Origin: an uncultured Actinomycetes bacterium
GTDB taxonomy: Bacteria > Actinomycetota > Thermoleophilia > Gaiellales > JAICJC01
Direction: 5' to 3'
Assembly: GCA_963720885.1 (NCBI GenBank)
Contig: CAVRGW010000006.1
Location: forward strand, 942,561-1,006,560
DNA: 64,000 bases
The notes beneath the pieces were generated by a model. The model was given only the letters and a program-made list of their open reading frames with translations. It was not told the origin of the DNA and searched no databases. This document shows positions 9,732 through 18,391 of the stretch, piece after piece. The position numbers and the translations under genes were made by a program. Within the stretch, counting starts at the first letter, position 1, and the number at the start of each line of letters is the position of its first letter.

Positions 9732-9796
9732 CGAACGTGCCTCGTACTGTTTATACGTTGGCGGGCCGAGAAAAGTTTCACGATGGGTGAGATCCC

Positions 9797-10405
9797 TCAC
9801 GCCCCGCTGAGGAGCCGCGGATCGTCGGTGATGATGCCATCCACGCCCAGTTCGCGCATTCGGCTGACTCCCTCCGCGGTATTGACCGTCCACGCGAACA
9901 CGCGGCCGTCCCGGCCGTGGACGACGTCGATCAGCCGCGGCGTGATCAGCGTGTGGCGGACGGTCGCGTCGTCCGCCCCGGAGCGGCGCCAGACGTCGCC
10001 CACGGTCAGCCGCAGCAGCGGCAGCGCGCGGCCGGGCGATCCGCGGTTGAAGCTGAAGCTGGTGCGCACCTTGCCGCGCAGCAGGCGCACGCTGTGGCGC
10101 TCCAGCGTCGCGAACAGGCAGCGGTCGAGCAGCCCCGCCCGGCGGCACTGCTCGAGCGCCGCCAGCTCGTAACCCGTCGCCTTCAGGTCGACCATCAGCC
10201 CGACGTCGCTCGGGAGCAGCCCGGCCAGCTCGTCAAGAAAGGTGTCCAGCCGCGGGCCGGGGTGGCCGGGGTCATGGGCCACCACCAGTCCGGGCGAGAC
10301 GTCGAACTCGATCATGTCGACGCCGGCGTCCAACGCGGCCCGCACGGACTCGATCGTGTTCTGTGGAGCGAGCGCCGCGGCGCCGCGGTGGCCGACACGC
10401 AGCAC
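9797..10405 (-). CDS. Glycerophosphodiester phosphodiesterase family protein
   Basis: The N-terminus VGHRGAAALAPQNTIES...DMIEFDV matches the GDPD signature (HRG...ENT...E.D). Confidence 0.85.
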   Translation of the reverse strand: MLRVGHRGAAALAPQNTIESVRAALDAGVDMIEFDVSPGLVVAHDPGHPGPRLDTFLDELAGLLPSDVGLMVDLKATGYELAALEQCRRAGLLDRCLFATLERHSVRLLRGKVRTSFSFNRGSPGRALPLLRLTVGDVWRRSGADDATVRHTLITPRLIDVVHGRDGRVFAWTVNTAEGVSRMRELGVDGIITDDPRLLSGA

Positions 10406-10418
10406 CGGGCTCTCGCTC

Positions 10419-12629
10419 CTACGGATCAGGCTGCACGATGGCGTTCCAGATCAACCGCTTGGTGCCCTCGGTGTAGCCGCGATAGAACGGGTCGAGGCCG
10501 GAGGAGATGACGCGGCCGTCGCCGTAGGGCTCGTCGGTCATCACGGCGGTCTCGGAGTACCTCCGGTCGTTTGCGGAGAAGCCCGACCGGTACCAGTCGG
10601 CGCTCTCCTTCTTGGGATAGGCGACCACGACCTGCCAGGGCTGGGTCGGCACCAGGACGTAGTCCGACACGTTGAAGACGTAGTCCGTGTCGCCGATGCC
10701 CGTCGAGAGCGGGCTGCTGGTGTCGACCTTCACCCGGTAGATCGACCCGGGGATGTTGGCGCCCGGCCAGTCGAGCTTGATCGCGCTGATGCCGAGCATG
10801 TTCGCCAGGTGGACGCCCTGGACCCAGCCGATGTACCGGCCGCCGCCGTCGACGAAGTCACGCACCGCCTGCTGGCCAGGTGCGCCGAGGTGGCTCATGG
10901 CCGCCTTGGCGTGCCCGTCCGGGACGAGCAGCACGTCGACGTTGTCGAGCGCGCCGCCGGCGATGTCCGCGGCGGTCACCGCGCGGTAGGGCACGTTCCA
11001 GTCATGGTCGAGCGTCCAGCGCAGCCAGCCGTCGGAGATGACGCCGTTGGTGTCCTCGGACATCCGGAACACGGCGATCCGCGGCACTCCGTTCGGGGCC
11101 GTCTGCGCGGGCACGCTGACCACGCCCTGGATCTTCTGCGCCTGCGGCGTCAGCGGCAGGCCGGACGAGCCTCCCGGCACGTCCAGCAGCAGCGGCTGGC
11201 TCCACGCCGTGGTGTCGTAGAAGTACGGCTTGGCGATGTAGGTGTCCTCGTTCAGCATGGCCTGGATCCAGTGCTTCTGGCCCTGCGCCATCGGCACCCA
11301 GATCGTGCCGGCCGGCATCGTCGTCGACTGCTCCGCGCGGCCGTAAGGCTTGAAGTCGGAGACGGTGACCGGTGCGGTCAGCCGGTAGACGGCCACGTCC
11401 ATCCGCTGCAGGCGGCGGACGAGGATCATCAGCGCCCGGTGCGAGCCGGGCTCGTCGCGCAGGTAGTAGCTGCGCACCAGCCGGTCGGGCACCTGCTGGT
11501 AGAGCGGGGTGGCCGGGTTCTCGAGCACGTTCGGCTCGAGCAGGCCGTCCTTGCCCTCCTGGTACGCCTCGACGTACGAGTCGTGCCATCCGGATACGAG
11601 CTGCGCGCGGTGGGTGGCGCCCTGGGCCAGCGAGACCCACTGGGTCACCCACTGCTGCCGCACCTTCAGCCGGTAGGGGTCGTACGACCCCTTCTCGAAC
11701 GTCATGCCGGCGCCCAGGAAGCCGTCGCTGACGACGGTGTCGCCGTACTCGGGGGCGAAGTAGTCGTAGCCGCTCTGCTGCCCGGTGTAGTAGCGGTAGC
11801 CGAGGTCGGTGAAGGCCTTCGCCATCGCCGGCCCGTACAGGTTGTCCATCCAGTCAACGCTGGTGTCGGGCACCTCGTGATAGATCGGGTCGGTGTTGGG
11901 CGGGAAGAAGTACGAGCTCGTCCCGTTCTCGTGCTCGTCCGCGAACAGCAGCGGCGGGTACTTGCGGAACAGCTCGATCCGACTGTCCGTCTCCGGCTGC
12001 GTGCGCGCCCAGTCGTCGCGGTTGAGGTCGAACCAGTACGCGTTGCGGCGGAAGCCCGAGGTGCGGGCGTCCGGGTTCTGGGTCGGGATCAGCAGCGTGA
12101 CGGCGTTGTCCAGCACCTGGGTTGCGGCGCAGTCGCTGCGGCCTGCCAGGTTGTACATCGTGCGCAGCACGGCCTCCGTGCCCGAGGGCTCGTTGCCGTG
12201 CACGTTCGCGCCGACGCCGAGGATGGCCGGCAGCCGGGCCTCGATCGCGTCGGCCTGCGCCGTCGGCAGCAGTGGGTCGCGCAGCGCCTTGGCGTCCGAG
12301 CTCAGGTTCGCCAGGGCGGTGTTGCTGAGGTTCGCGGGGTTCGAGACCAGCGCGTAGCGCAGGGGCACGCCCCTCACCGAGGTGCCGTAGACGCCGGTGA
12401 CGATCCGCGGGCTGGCCGCATCCAGGGCCAGCATGTACTTGTAGACCTCGTCGACACTCAGCTTCGACTTGCCGAGCTGCTTGCCCAGGATGTCCTTCGC
12501 CGTGGGCACCGGCTGGTCGAACTTGGGCTTTGTGGTCAGCGGATCGCAGGTCGCCGCCCGGGCCACCCCCGCGCCTCCCAGCGCGAGCGCCATCGCCGTT
12601 GCCATGCACGCACCGATCCGTAGCCGCAT
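10419..12629 (-). CDS. Secreted M14-family zinc carboxypeptidase-like protein
   Basis: ORF 10419..12725. Signal peptide from MRLRIGACMATAMALALGGAGVARA (alternative start 12653). HxxE zinc motif in ANVHGNEPSGTEA. Confidence 0.85.
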   Translation of the reverse strand: MRLRIGACMATAMALALGGAGVARAATCDPLTTKPKFDQPVPTAKDILGKQLGKSKLSVDEVYKYMLALDAASPRIVTGVYGTSVRGVPLRYALVSNPANLSNTALANLSSDAKALRDPLLPTAQADAIEARLPAILGVGANVHGNEPSGTEAVLRTMYNLAGRSDCAATQVLDNAVTLLIPTQNPDARTSGFRRNAYWFDLNRDDWARTQPETDSRIELFRKYPPLLFADEHENGTSSYFFPPNTDPIYHEVPDTSVDWMDNLYGPAMAKAFTDLGYRYYTGQQSGYDYFAPEYGDTVVSDGFLGAGMTFEKGSYDPYRLKVRQQWVTQWVSLAQGATHRAQLVSGWHDSYVEAYQEGKDGLLEPNVLENPATPLYQQVPDRLVRSYYLRDEPGSHRALMILVRRLQRMDVAVYRLTAPVTVSDFKPYGRAEQSTTMPAGTIWVPMAQGQKHWIQAMLNEDTYIAKPYFYDTTAWSQPLLLDVPGGSSGLPLTPQAQKIQGVVSVPAQTAPNGVPRIAVFRMSEDTNGVISDGWLRWTLDHDWNVPYRAVTAADIAGGALDNVDVLLVPDGHAKAAMSHLGAPGQQAVRDFVDGGGRYIGWVQGVHLANMLGISAIKLDWPGANIPGSIYRVKVDTSSPLSTGIGDTDYVFNVSDYVLVPTQPWQVVVAYPKKESADWYRSGFSANDRRYSETAVMTDEPYGDGRVISSGLDPFYRGYTEGTKRLIWNAIVQPDP

Positions 12630-12747
12630 TGCCGTCCCCCTCGCAGTCCCCATGATTGCGGCTCGAGGGTATCGGCCCTCGTGCGGCGGCGTCAAGGGTT
12701 GTGTCCGCGCGGGGGGCGGGCCCACCCACCGCCTACAATCGCGCGCA

Positions 12748-12820
12748 GGGCCGTTAGCTCAGCTGGTAGAGCAGGGGACTTTTAATCCCAAGGTCGCAGG
12801 TTCGAGACCTGCACGGCCCA
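12748..12820 (+). tRNA. tRNA-Lys (anticodon UUU)
   Basis: GGGCCGTTAGCTCAGCTGGTAGAGCAGGGGACTTTTAATCCCAAGGTCGCAGGTTCGAGACCTGCACGGCCCA. Cloverleaf with anticodon loop CTTTTAA. Closely resembles bacterial tRNA-Lys. Confidence 0.93.
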
Positions 12821-12823
12821 TCG
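12785..12823 (+). repeat. Direct repeat copy 1 (3' half of tRNA-Lys plus 3 nt), att-like
   Basis: 39 nt recur at 15731-15769 with one mismatch. Confidence 0.85.
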
Positions 12824-12930
12824 GAAAGGCGCTTGGTTGAGCCGTTTGATTCGTGGCTCGTCGCCAGCTTACCGGCTGCGTGTACCCGATGTGTACAGAC
12901 TTCCATCGGCCGGGCGCTCGGTAACGGTGG

Positions 12931-12964
12931 GCAGAGGTTCGAACCGCAGTGCCGCGGCCCATCC
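12931..12964 (+). repeat. Degenerate tRNA 3'-end-like fragment
   Basis: GCAGAGGTTCGAACCGCAGTGCCGCGGCCCATCC shares GGTTCGA, GCA and CGGCCCATC with the tRNA-Lys T-arm/acceptor end. The match is weak. Confidence 0.3.
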
Positions 12965-13351
12965 ACGGAGGACTGATCAGCTCAAGGGATCACGGAGTAG
13001 CTCCGTCGGTTACCCCCGGTACTATCGGTACTCGCCCTTGGGCCTCGTCCGTTCGATCCGTCCAGGCAGCCGTCGACCCGATGCGACGGCCTCGGCTTCG
13101 GCGGCGATGAGAGCGTCCACGATGGCGCTGTGTAGCTCGCGCCCGATGGTGGCGAGGGACGAGCCGTGGAAGTGGAGGATCTCGGCGTCTGGTCGGGTCA
13201 CCTCGGTGTCGGTCGCGGCCGCCGGTTGAACGAGAGCAGGAGAGTTCGCCTTACATCCTGTGGAACCTAGCCTGCCTGCTCAGCGCCGACGGGAAGATTG
13301 GCCTAGGCTCGGCCGTCGGGTTATCACCACTACCTGGGGAGGTAGATCACG

Positions 13352-14023
13352 ATGAAACGGCTCCGCATCAGCCCGTCCTTCGTCATCTCGCTAGTTGCGC
13401 TGTTCGTCGCGCTGGGCGGTACCGCGTGGGCGGCCACCGGCGGCAACTTCATCCTCGGCAAGGCGAATACTGCGAACGCGAAGACAACGCTGACCGGAAC
13501 GAACGCTGGCCCGGCGTTGGCGCTTTCGAACACGACGACGGGAACGGCAGCAACGGCGCTCAACCTGAACGTGACATCAGGACACGCGCCATTGACGACC
13601 AACTCGTCTACGGTCGTCAAGAACCTGAACGCGGACAAGGTCGACGGCCTGGACGCCGCGCAGCTTAAAACGCACGTCGATCTGGCATGGACGACGACCG
13701 GACCGTTCACGAACGCGCAGACCACGTTCACCAGCAACGGCGGCCCGCTGCTGATCACACTGAACGGCTCCGCCTACGGCGACATCACCGGACAGGTCTT
13801 GGTGGTCTGCGCCTACATCGATGGCGCAGAATCCGGGGCGTGCGGGGAGATCGCAGAGAACGAAGCGCTCAGCCACAAGGCGCTCGTCCCGGTCAAGATC
13901 TCCAACGGGTTCACGCCGGCTGCGGGCCAGCACACCGTCACGCTGAAAGCCTTCCCCGGATATGACCACACGAAGTCGGACAGCTATGACGTCTACAACG
14001 TGACGATCCTGGAACTGCCCTGA
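13352..14023 (+). CDS. N-terminally anchored protein of unknown function with tail-fibre-like Thr/Asn/Gly-rich region
   Basis: MKRLRISPSFVISLVALFVALGGTAWA anchor/signal, then NFILGKANTAN...GPALALSNTTTGTAATALNLNVTSGHAPLTTNSSTVVKNLNADKVDGLDAAQL. GGGGAGG lies 9 nt upstream of the ATG. Confidence 0.8.
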   Translation: MKRLRISPSFVISLVALFVALGGTAWAATGGNFILGKANTANAKTTLTGTNAGPALALSNTTTGTAATALNLNVTSGHAPLTTNSSTVVKNLNADKVDGLDAAQLKTHVDLAWTTTGPFTNAQTTFTSNGGPLLITLNGSAYGDITGQVLVVCAYIDGAESGACGEIAENEALSHKALVPVKISNGFTPAAGQHTVTLKAFPGYDHTKSDSYDVYNVTILELP

Positions 14024-14035
14024 ACCGCAGAAACG

Positions 14036-14076
14036 ACGAACGCCCCGCGGCTGGGAGCACGGCGCGGGGCGTTCGT
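14036..14076 (+). terminator. GC-rich hairpin downstream of 13352..14023
   Basis: Perfect 14-bp inverted repeat ACGAACGCCCCGCG / CGCGGGGCGTTCGT with a 13-nt loop, 13 nt after the stop. No clear U-tract. Confidence 0.45.
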
Positions 14077-14351
14077 GTGGGAGGGGAGTACTGCGCTACG
14101 GCTGGATGCCCGCGCAGACGGCTTGGCGCTCCCGTTACCCCGGAGCCACAGTCGCTCTACCTCGTCGCCGTTCGGGATGGCGGTGCTTCCGGGGTGTACC
14201 GGCTCGACCACGCGCCCGGGTGGCGCGCGGTGCGGTCAAGGTCGTAGGCTCCGCCGCCGCTCGACCTCCGTCGCGGATTAGCCACCTGACCGTGCCCGCC
14301 TTCTGAGGATCAATACCTCGGGCGAGGACGTGCGCGAGCGCCCATCCAGGA

Positions 14352-14380
14352 TTGACAGGGGTTACGGGTGCCGTGAGACT
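14352..14380 (+). promoter_or_regulatory. Candidate promoter TTGACA-N17-GAGACT for a near-leaderless transcript
   Basis: TTGACA at 14352-14357 and a TANNNT-like GAGACT at 14375-14380. The ATG of the next gene is at 14389. Confidence 0.3.
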
Positions 14381-14388
14381 GCTCGGCG

Positions 14389-15408
14389 ATGCGAGCGATG
14401 CGCCTTGTCCGATCGGGGGAGCCGCCGGGCTTCGAGTCGGTGGAGCTCACCGATCCGGAGCCGGGCCAGGGAGAGGTGTCCGTTCGGGTGGTCGCGGCGG
14501 CTCTGAATCGGCGTGACTGGTGGATCTGGCGAGATCCGGGTTCGGAACTGCCGGTAACGCTTGGTTCAGACGCGGCCGGCGTCGTCATCGCGGTAGGTGC
14601 CGGCGTCGATCCGTCGGTGGTCGGGGATGAGGTGGTGGTCAACCCGACGCTCGGCTGGGCCGAGGGGGAGCAGGTGCCGTCGGAGAGCTTCGAGATCCTG
14701 GGTGCGCCGCGCGACGGAACGTTCGCCGACCGGGTGGTGGTGCCGGCGCAGAATGTCGCGCGGCGGCCGGCTGGACTGTCGTGGGAGGAGTCCGCCGCCC
14801 TCGGCTTGGCCGGCTTGACGGCGTGGCGGGCCGCGGTCACCTGCGCCGGCGTTGGTAGTGGGCGTCGCCTGCTGGTGACCGGCGCCGGCAGCGGCGTGGC
14901 GACGTTCGCCGTCCAGATCGCCGTCGCAATGGGCAGCGAGGTGTGGGTGACCACCTCGACAGACGCCAAGCTCGACCGGCTGCGACAGCTTGGCGCTCAG
15001 GGTGGAGTGATCTATTCGCAGCCGAACTGGGCGTCGCATCTGCGCGCCGCCGCCGGTGGGGGCTTTGACGCGGTGATCGACAGCTGGGGTGCTGATGGTT
15101 GGCCGGAGGCGCTGAGTGCTCTGCGATGGGGCGGTGTTCTGGTCAGCTTCGGCGATACCGGCGGGGAGTCCTCGACCATCGCTGTCGCGGATGTGTATTG
15201 GGCGTGGCGCTCGATCGTGGGCACGACGATGGGCAGTCCGGCGGAGTTCCGGGCGCTGCTCCAACACGTCGCGACGCACGAGTGGCGACCTGTCGTCGAC
15301 AGCGTCCATGGCCTTGATGAGATCGACGCGGCCGCCCGTCGCCTGACCGATCGCGATCGGTTCGGCAAGGTCGTGCTGCGCATACCCGAGCAGCCGCCCC
15401 TGGCCTGA
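14389..15408 (+). CDS. Zinc-binding/medium-chain dehydrogenase-reductase (quinone oxidoreductase-like)
   Basis: MRAMRLVRSGEPPGFESVELTDPEPGQGEVSVRV... and the nucleotide-binding loop LVTGAGSGVATFAVQIA are typical of the MDR superfamily. Confidence 0.85.
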   Translation: MRAMRLVRSGEPPGFESVELTDPEPGQGEVSVRVVAAALNRRDWWIWRDPGSELPVTLGSDAAGVVIAVGAGVDPSVVGDEVVVNPTLGWAEGEQVPSESFEILGAPRDGTFADRVVVPAQNVARRPAGLSWEESAALGLAGLTAWRAAVTCAGVGSGRRLLVTGAGSGVATFAVQIAVAMGSEVWVTTSTDAKLDRLRQLGAQGGVIYSQPNWASHLRAAAGGGFDAVIDSWGADGWPEALSALRWGGVLVSFGDTGGESSTIAVADVYWAWRSIVGTTMGSPAEFRALLQHVATHEWRPVVDSVHGLDEIDAAARRLTDRDRFGKVVLRIPEQPPLA

Positions 15409-15692
15409 CGAACGAGCATCTAGGTGAGCCAACCGGCAGGCCGCGCCCGACAACCTGCTCGTGACGTGGTCAGTTTCGAGCCGCGATCGCGTCGAGGAAC
15501 TGCAGCGTCGCGGCGTGGTCAGCCCGATCGCCACCCATTCGATGATCACGGGGCCCGCAGCATCGCGTCGTAGGTGTCTTCATGCCGCGATTCTCGAGCG
15601 GGAACGAAGTGGGAACCAGGTCCGCCGAGACCGGCCCAGACGAGTAGCGAACGCCGCCGCGGAGTCCGCCATTGTGCACGCATTCTCCAGGT

Positions 15693-15766
15693 GGGCCGAG
15701 CTCCACCGAAGCGGGTTGCGACGACTATTGATCCCAAGATCGCAGGTTCGAGACCTGCACGGCCCA
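15693..15766 (+). pseudogene. Degenerate tRNA-Lys-like sequence (conserved 3' half, decayed 5' half)
   Basis: 74 nt: GGGCCGAGCTCC...GACTATTGATCCCAAGATCGCAGGTTCGAGACCTGCACGGCCCA. The acceptor 5' strand and 3' half match tRNA-Lys. The D-arm and anticodon stem no longer pair. Confidence 0.4.
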
Positions 15767-15769
15767 TCG
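15731..15769 (+). repeat. Direct repeat copy 2 (copy of tRNA-Lys 3' half), att-like
   Basis: Identical to 12785-12823 except G to A at 15739. Weaker similarity extends about 25 nt further downstream. Confidence 0.85.
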
Positions 15770-15839
15770 AGAAAATGCCCTGGTTCAGCTCGATCTGACC
15801 GAGTACTCGGCGAGTGCGACGCCCGAGGGCGTTTCGGTG

Positions 15840-16277
15840 TCAGCCGACCTGCTCGGCCAGTCCGATAAGGATGCCCTCGGGGCCTCGGACGTAGCAGAGC
15901 CGATACAGGTCTTCGTACTGGACCACCTCATCGACGAGCTGCGCGTCGTGCTCGCGGAGCCGGGCCAGCGTATCGTCGAGGTCGTCCACCGCGAACATCA
16001 CGCGGAGGTAACCGAGGGCGTTTACCGGTGCGTTCCGGTGATCGGCGACGGGAGGCGGCGTGAGAAAGCGCGAGAGTTCGATCCTGCCGTGGCCGTCCGG
16101 TGTACGCATCATGGCCATCTCGACGCGCTGGTCGCGCAGTCCGGTGACGCGCCCTGACCAGTCTCCTTCGATCATGGCTCGCCCTTCGAGTTCGAGGCCC
16201 AGCGCGGCGAAGAACGAGATGGCGGTATCGAGCGACTCCACCACGATACCGACGTTGTCCATCCGTTGAAGCGCCAC
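15840..16277 (-). CDS. VOC (glyoxalase/bleomycin-resistance/dioxygenase) family protein
   Basis: MDNVGIVVESLDTAISFFAALGLELEG...MRTPDGHGRIELSRF is the typical VOC beta-alpha-beta-beta-beta module. Confidence 0.85.
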   Translation of the reverse strand: MALQRMDNVGIVVESLDTAISFFAALGLELEGRAMIEGDWSGRVTGLRDQRVEMAMMRTPDGHGRIELSRFLTPPPVADHRNAPVNALGYLRVMFAVDDLDDTLARLREHDAQLVDEVVQYEDLYRLCYVRGPEGILIGLAEQVG

Positions 16278-16335
16278 GCCGCCATTATCGCGGATCGCAA
16301 AGATCGCACGTGCAGGCAGAGGACGTTCGGGCCGC

Positions 16336-18211
16336 TCAGCCGAAATCGGCCGTAACGCCGCTCGCGCCAGCGCCGCCGCCGTTACCCGAGCCCAATCCGC
16401 CGGCTCCGCCGGCTCCGCCGGTTCCGTGCTGAAGCGTGGTCTTGGTCAGCGCGCCCGATGCGAGTCCGACGACGTCGATGCTCGGGCCACCGGCGCCACC
16501 GCCACCGTCGCCGCCGCGACCGCCGAAGCCGCCGTTGCCGCCCCGGCCGCCGGGTCCTGCGTCCGAGCCGAACGATGCGCTGCCCGGCGCGCCGATGCCG
16601 CCTGCGCCACCGAACGCTCCGCCGCCGCCAGCCCCACCGGCGCCGCCGTTCCCAACGACGATGGAGGAGTTCTTGACGGTCGCGCCGACCGAGTTGTACA
16701 GCAGGATGCCGATCGCGGCACCGCCACCCGAGCCGCCGCCCCCGCCGCCGCCGCCCTGGCCGCCCCCGCCGCCGGAACCACCGTGGCCGCCGATATCAGG
16801 GTTCACGCAGAAGCAGTCTTCGCCGCCGCCGCCACCACCACCACCGCCACCGTGGCCGTTCGACCCGTGGCCGCCGTTGCCACCGTTCGCGGTCGTCCAG
16901 ATCCCGCTCGCCGGCGACTGGTTGGCGGCCGAGCCGCCTGCGCCGTCACCAAGGAACTTGCCGGAGTCACCGAAGTAGCCGGCGCCTCCGACACTGTCCT
17001 CGGAGCCGCCGGGTCCGCCGGGGCCGCCCATCAGCCCGTAAATGTCGGGGGTCGACTGTGCCCCAGGGCCGCCGTCATAGCCGGTGACGTGGTCCGTATG
17101 GAGGAAGTTCCCACCTGGGCCGCCGTTGCCGCCAACGTTCCCGACGGGGCTCGACCCGCCGGCCGGGTTGTGCAGCGGGTCGGTGCTGGTCGAACCGTCG
17201 CCGCCGGGCAGCCCGGCAGCCCCGTTCGAGCCGCTCGCGCCCGCCACGCCCGATCCGACGCGAATCGTGATCCGGTCGAGGCGCAGCCCCGGACTGTTGG
17301 TTCCCCGCAGACCGTAGCTGTCGGCGCCGGAGCTGGTCGGCTGCGTGGGAGCCAGCGTAAGCAGCTGCATGGTCGTCGCAACGTTGATCGCGGTGGCGGT
17401 CGCGGCCGTCGTGTCGTAGCTCGCGAAGCCGGTGAGCCGTGTCGCGGGTGACAACGACCGGCCCCAGGTCGGCGTGTAACCGCCGAAGATGCCGACGCCG
17501 TTCGCCATGTTCAGCGTCTCGGGGTAGGCACCCGCCTGGGCGTAGACGGCCTTGCCCTGCGACGCCGCCTTGGGAACGGCCGCGGCAAAGGTCTTCATCG
17601 GCGCAGCCTGAGTGCCCGCGTTCGAATCGCTGCCGGTGGGCGCGACGAAGATCGCCTTGCGGGCGTTGCCATCGACGCCGTCGCAGTTCGTGTCGCGGAA
17701 GTTCGGGGCATCCGGAGTGTCCTTCGTGCCTGGGCTGATCAGCCCGTCCGTCGGCGCGCAGTCGGTGAAGTTGGCCCAGCCGTCGAGGTCGGTGTCCGTG
17801 ACCACGCGACAGTTGTTCGTCTCGTTGGTTTCCGCGACGGCGCTGGTCGCGTCTGCGCAGGCCAGCAGCTCGCCGGTGCCCAGCTTCGCCGGCGCGTTGA
17901 CTGTCACCGTCTTGGCTGAGGTTGCGCCGGCGGCCAGGATCGGGACGGGGATCGACGCGAGGAGCACGTCATCGCTTCCGCGGGCCTGATCCTTCGATGC
18001 ATAGAGCCGCGTGGTGGACGCCGCCGCCTGGACGGTGCCGGAATTCCCGCGTCGTGACCGTGGCGGTCACGGTACCGCCGGGCGCAAGCGACCCGCTCGC
18101 GCTCAGCGCCGAGACGTTGAGATCGGGGTTCGTCGCGGCACTGGACGCAAGTGGAACCACCAGCGCGAACAGCAAGCCGAGCAGCAGCAATCGCGAGAAT
18201 CGTCCGAGCAC
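16336..18211 (-). CDS. Secreted surface protein: CARDB-like domain, MopE-type metal-binding motif, DUF1565/right-handed beta-helix, glycine-rich C-terminus. One frame change near 18046-18048.
   Basis: ORFs 17969..18280 and 16336..17967 join if one base of a C/G run is removed (TVTATVTTR|NSGTVQAAAS). GTG 18211 is preceded by GGAGGAGG. Signal peptide RFSRLLLLGLLFALVVPLASSA. ETNETNNC, DTDLDGW..DCAP..NCDGVDG and FVAPTGSDSNAGT motifs. The tail is rich in GGAGG / GGNGG repeats. Confidence 0.75.
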
Positions 18212-18391
18212 CGTGGAACCTCCTCCGCTCACCAGGACGTATGCACGGGCGAGGCTACCGAGCCCTACCAGACGGTACAAGCCCGGTAGTCAAATTTGAT
18301 GTGATCATCAAGAGCGACTCATCGGGCTGGTCGAGGAGCTCCGCTGACACCGGCAGGCGAGGGACCGCCTTCGCCGATAGGCTGTCGCGCG

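Noticed and set aside
6968-9790. 940-aa plus-strand ORF.
   Set aside because: It is antisense to the cyclase gene and runs straight through tRNA-Glu. The translation is an Arg/Gly/Pro/Asp-rich low-information sequence with no motifs. It is a typical stop-free shadow frame in GC-rich DNA.
10242-12623. 793-aa plus-strand ORF.
   Set aside because: It is antisense to the M14 peptidase gene, which has clear motifs and a signal peptide. The shadow ORF is dominated by Arg/Val/Gly/Asp and shows no domain pattern.
13022-13201. 59-codon minus-strand ORF next to tRNA-Lys, considered as an integrase or excisionase remnant.
   Set aside because: The translation (VTRPDAEILHFHGSSLATIGRELHSAIVDALIAAE...) shows no tyrosine-recombinase box or excisionase pattern that I can recognise. 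It is too short to call.
15409-15692. Gene remnant between the MDR oxidoreductase and the tRNA-like copy (for example SLLVWAGLGGPGSHFVP on the minus strand).
   Set aside because: Fragments in different frames give only vague hydrolase-like hints. No start/stop-bounded ORF has a recognisable motif.
16436-16978. Proline-rich 180-aa plus-strand ORF (PPAPPPPSPPRPPKPP...).
   Set aside because: It is the complement of the glycine-codon repeats. The minus-strand reading is continuous with recognisable N-terminal domains and a signal peptide.
16380-17000. Repetitive GGC/GCC-rich DNA, considered as a tandem-repeat or CRISPR-like array.
   Set aside because: It has no regular repeat-spacer periodicity and no exact repeated units. 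It is explained as a low-complexity glycine-coding sequence.
18212-18391. Search for a TnaC-like leader peptide or attenuator upstream of the tryptophanase-like gene.
   Set aside because: No short ORF with a start codon and a nearby stop was found. The only symmetric element (TTGATGTGATCATCAA) is imperfect.
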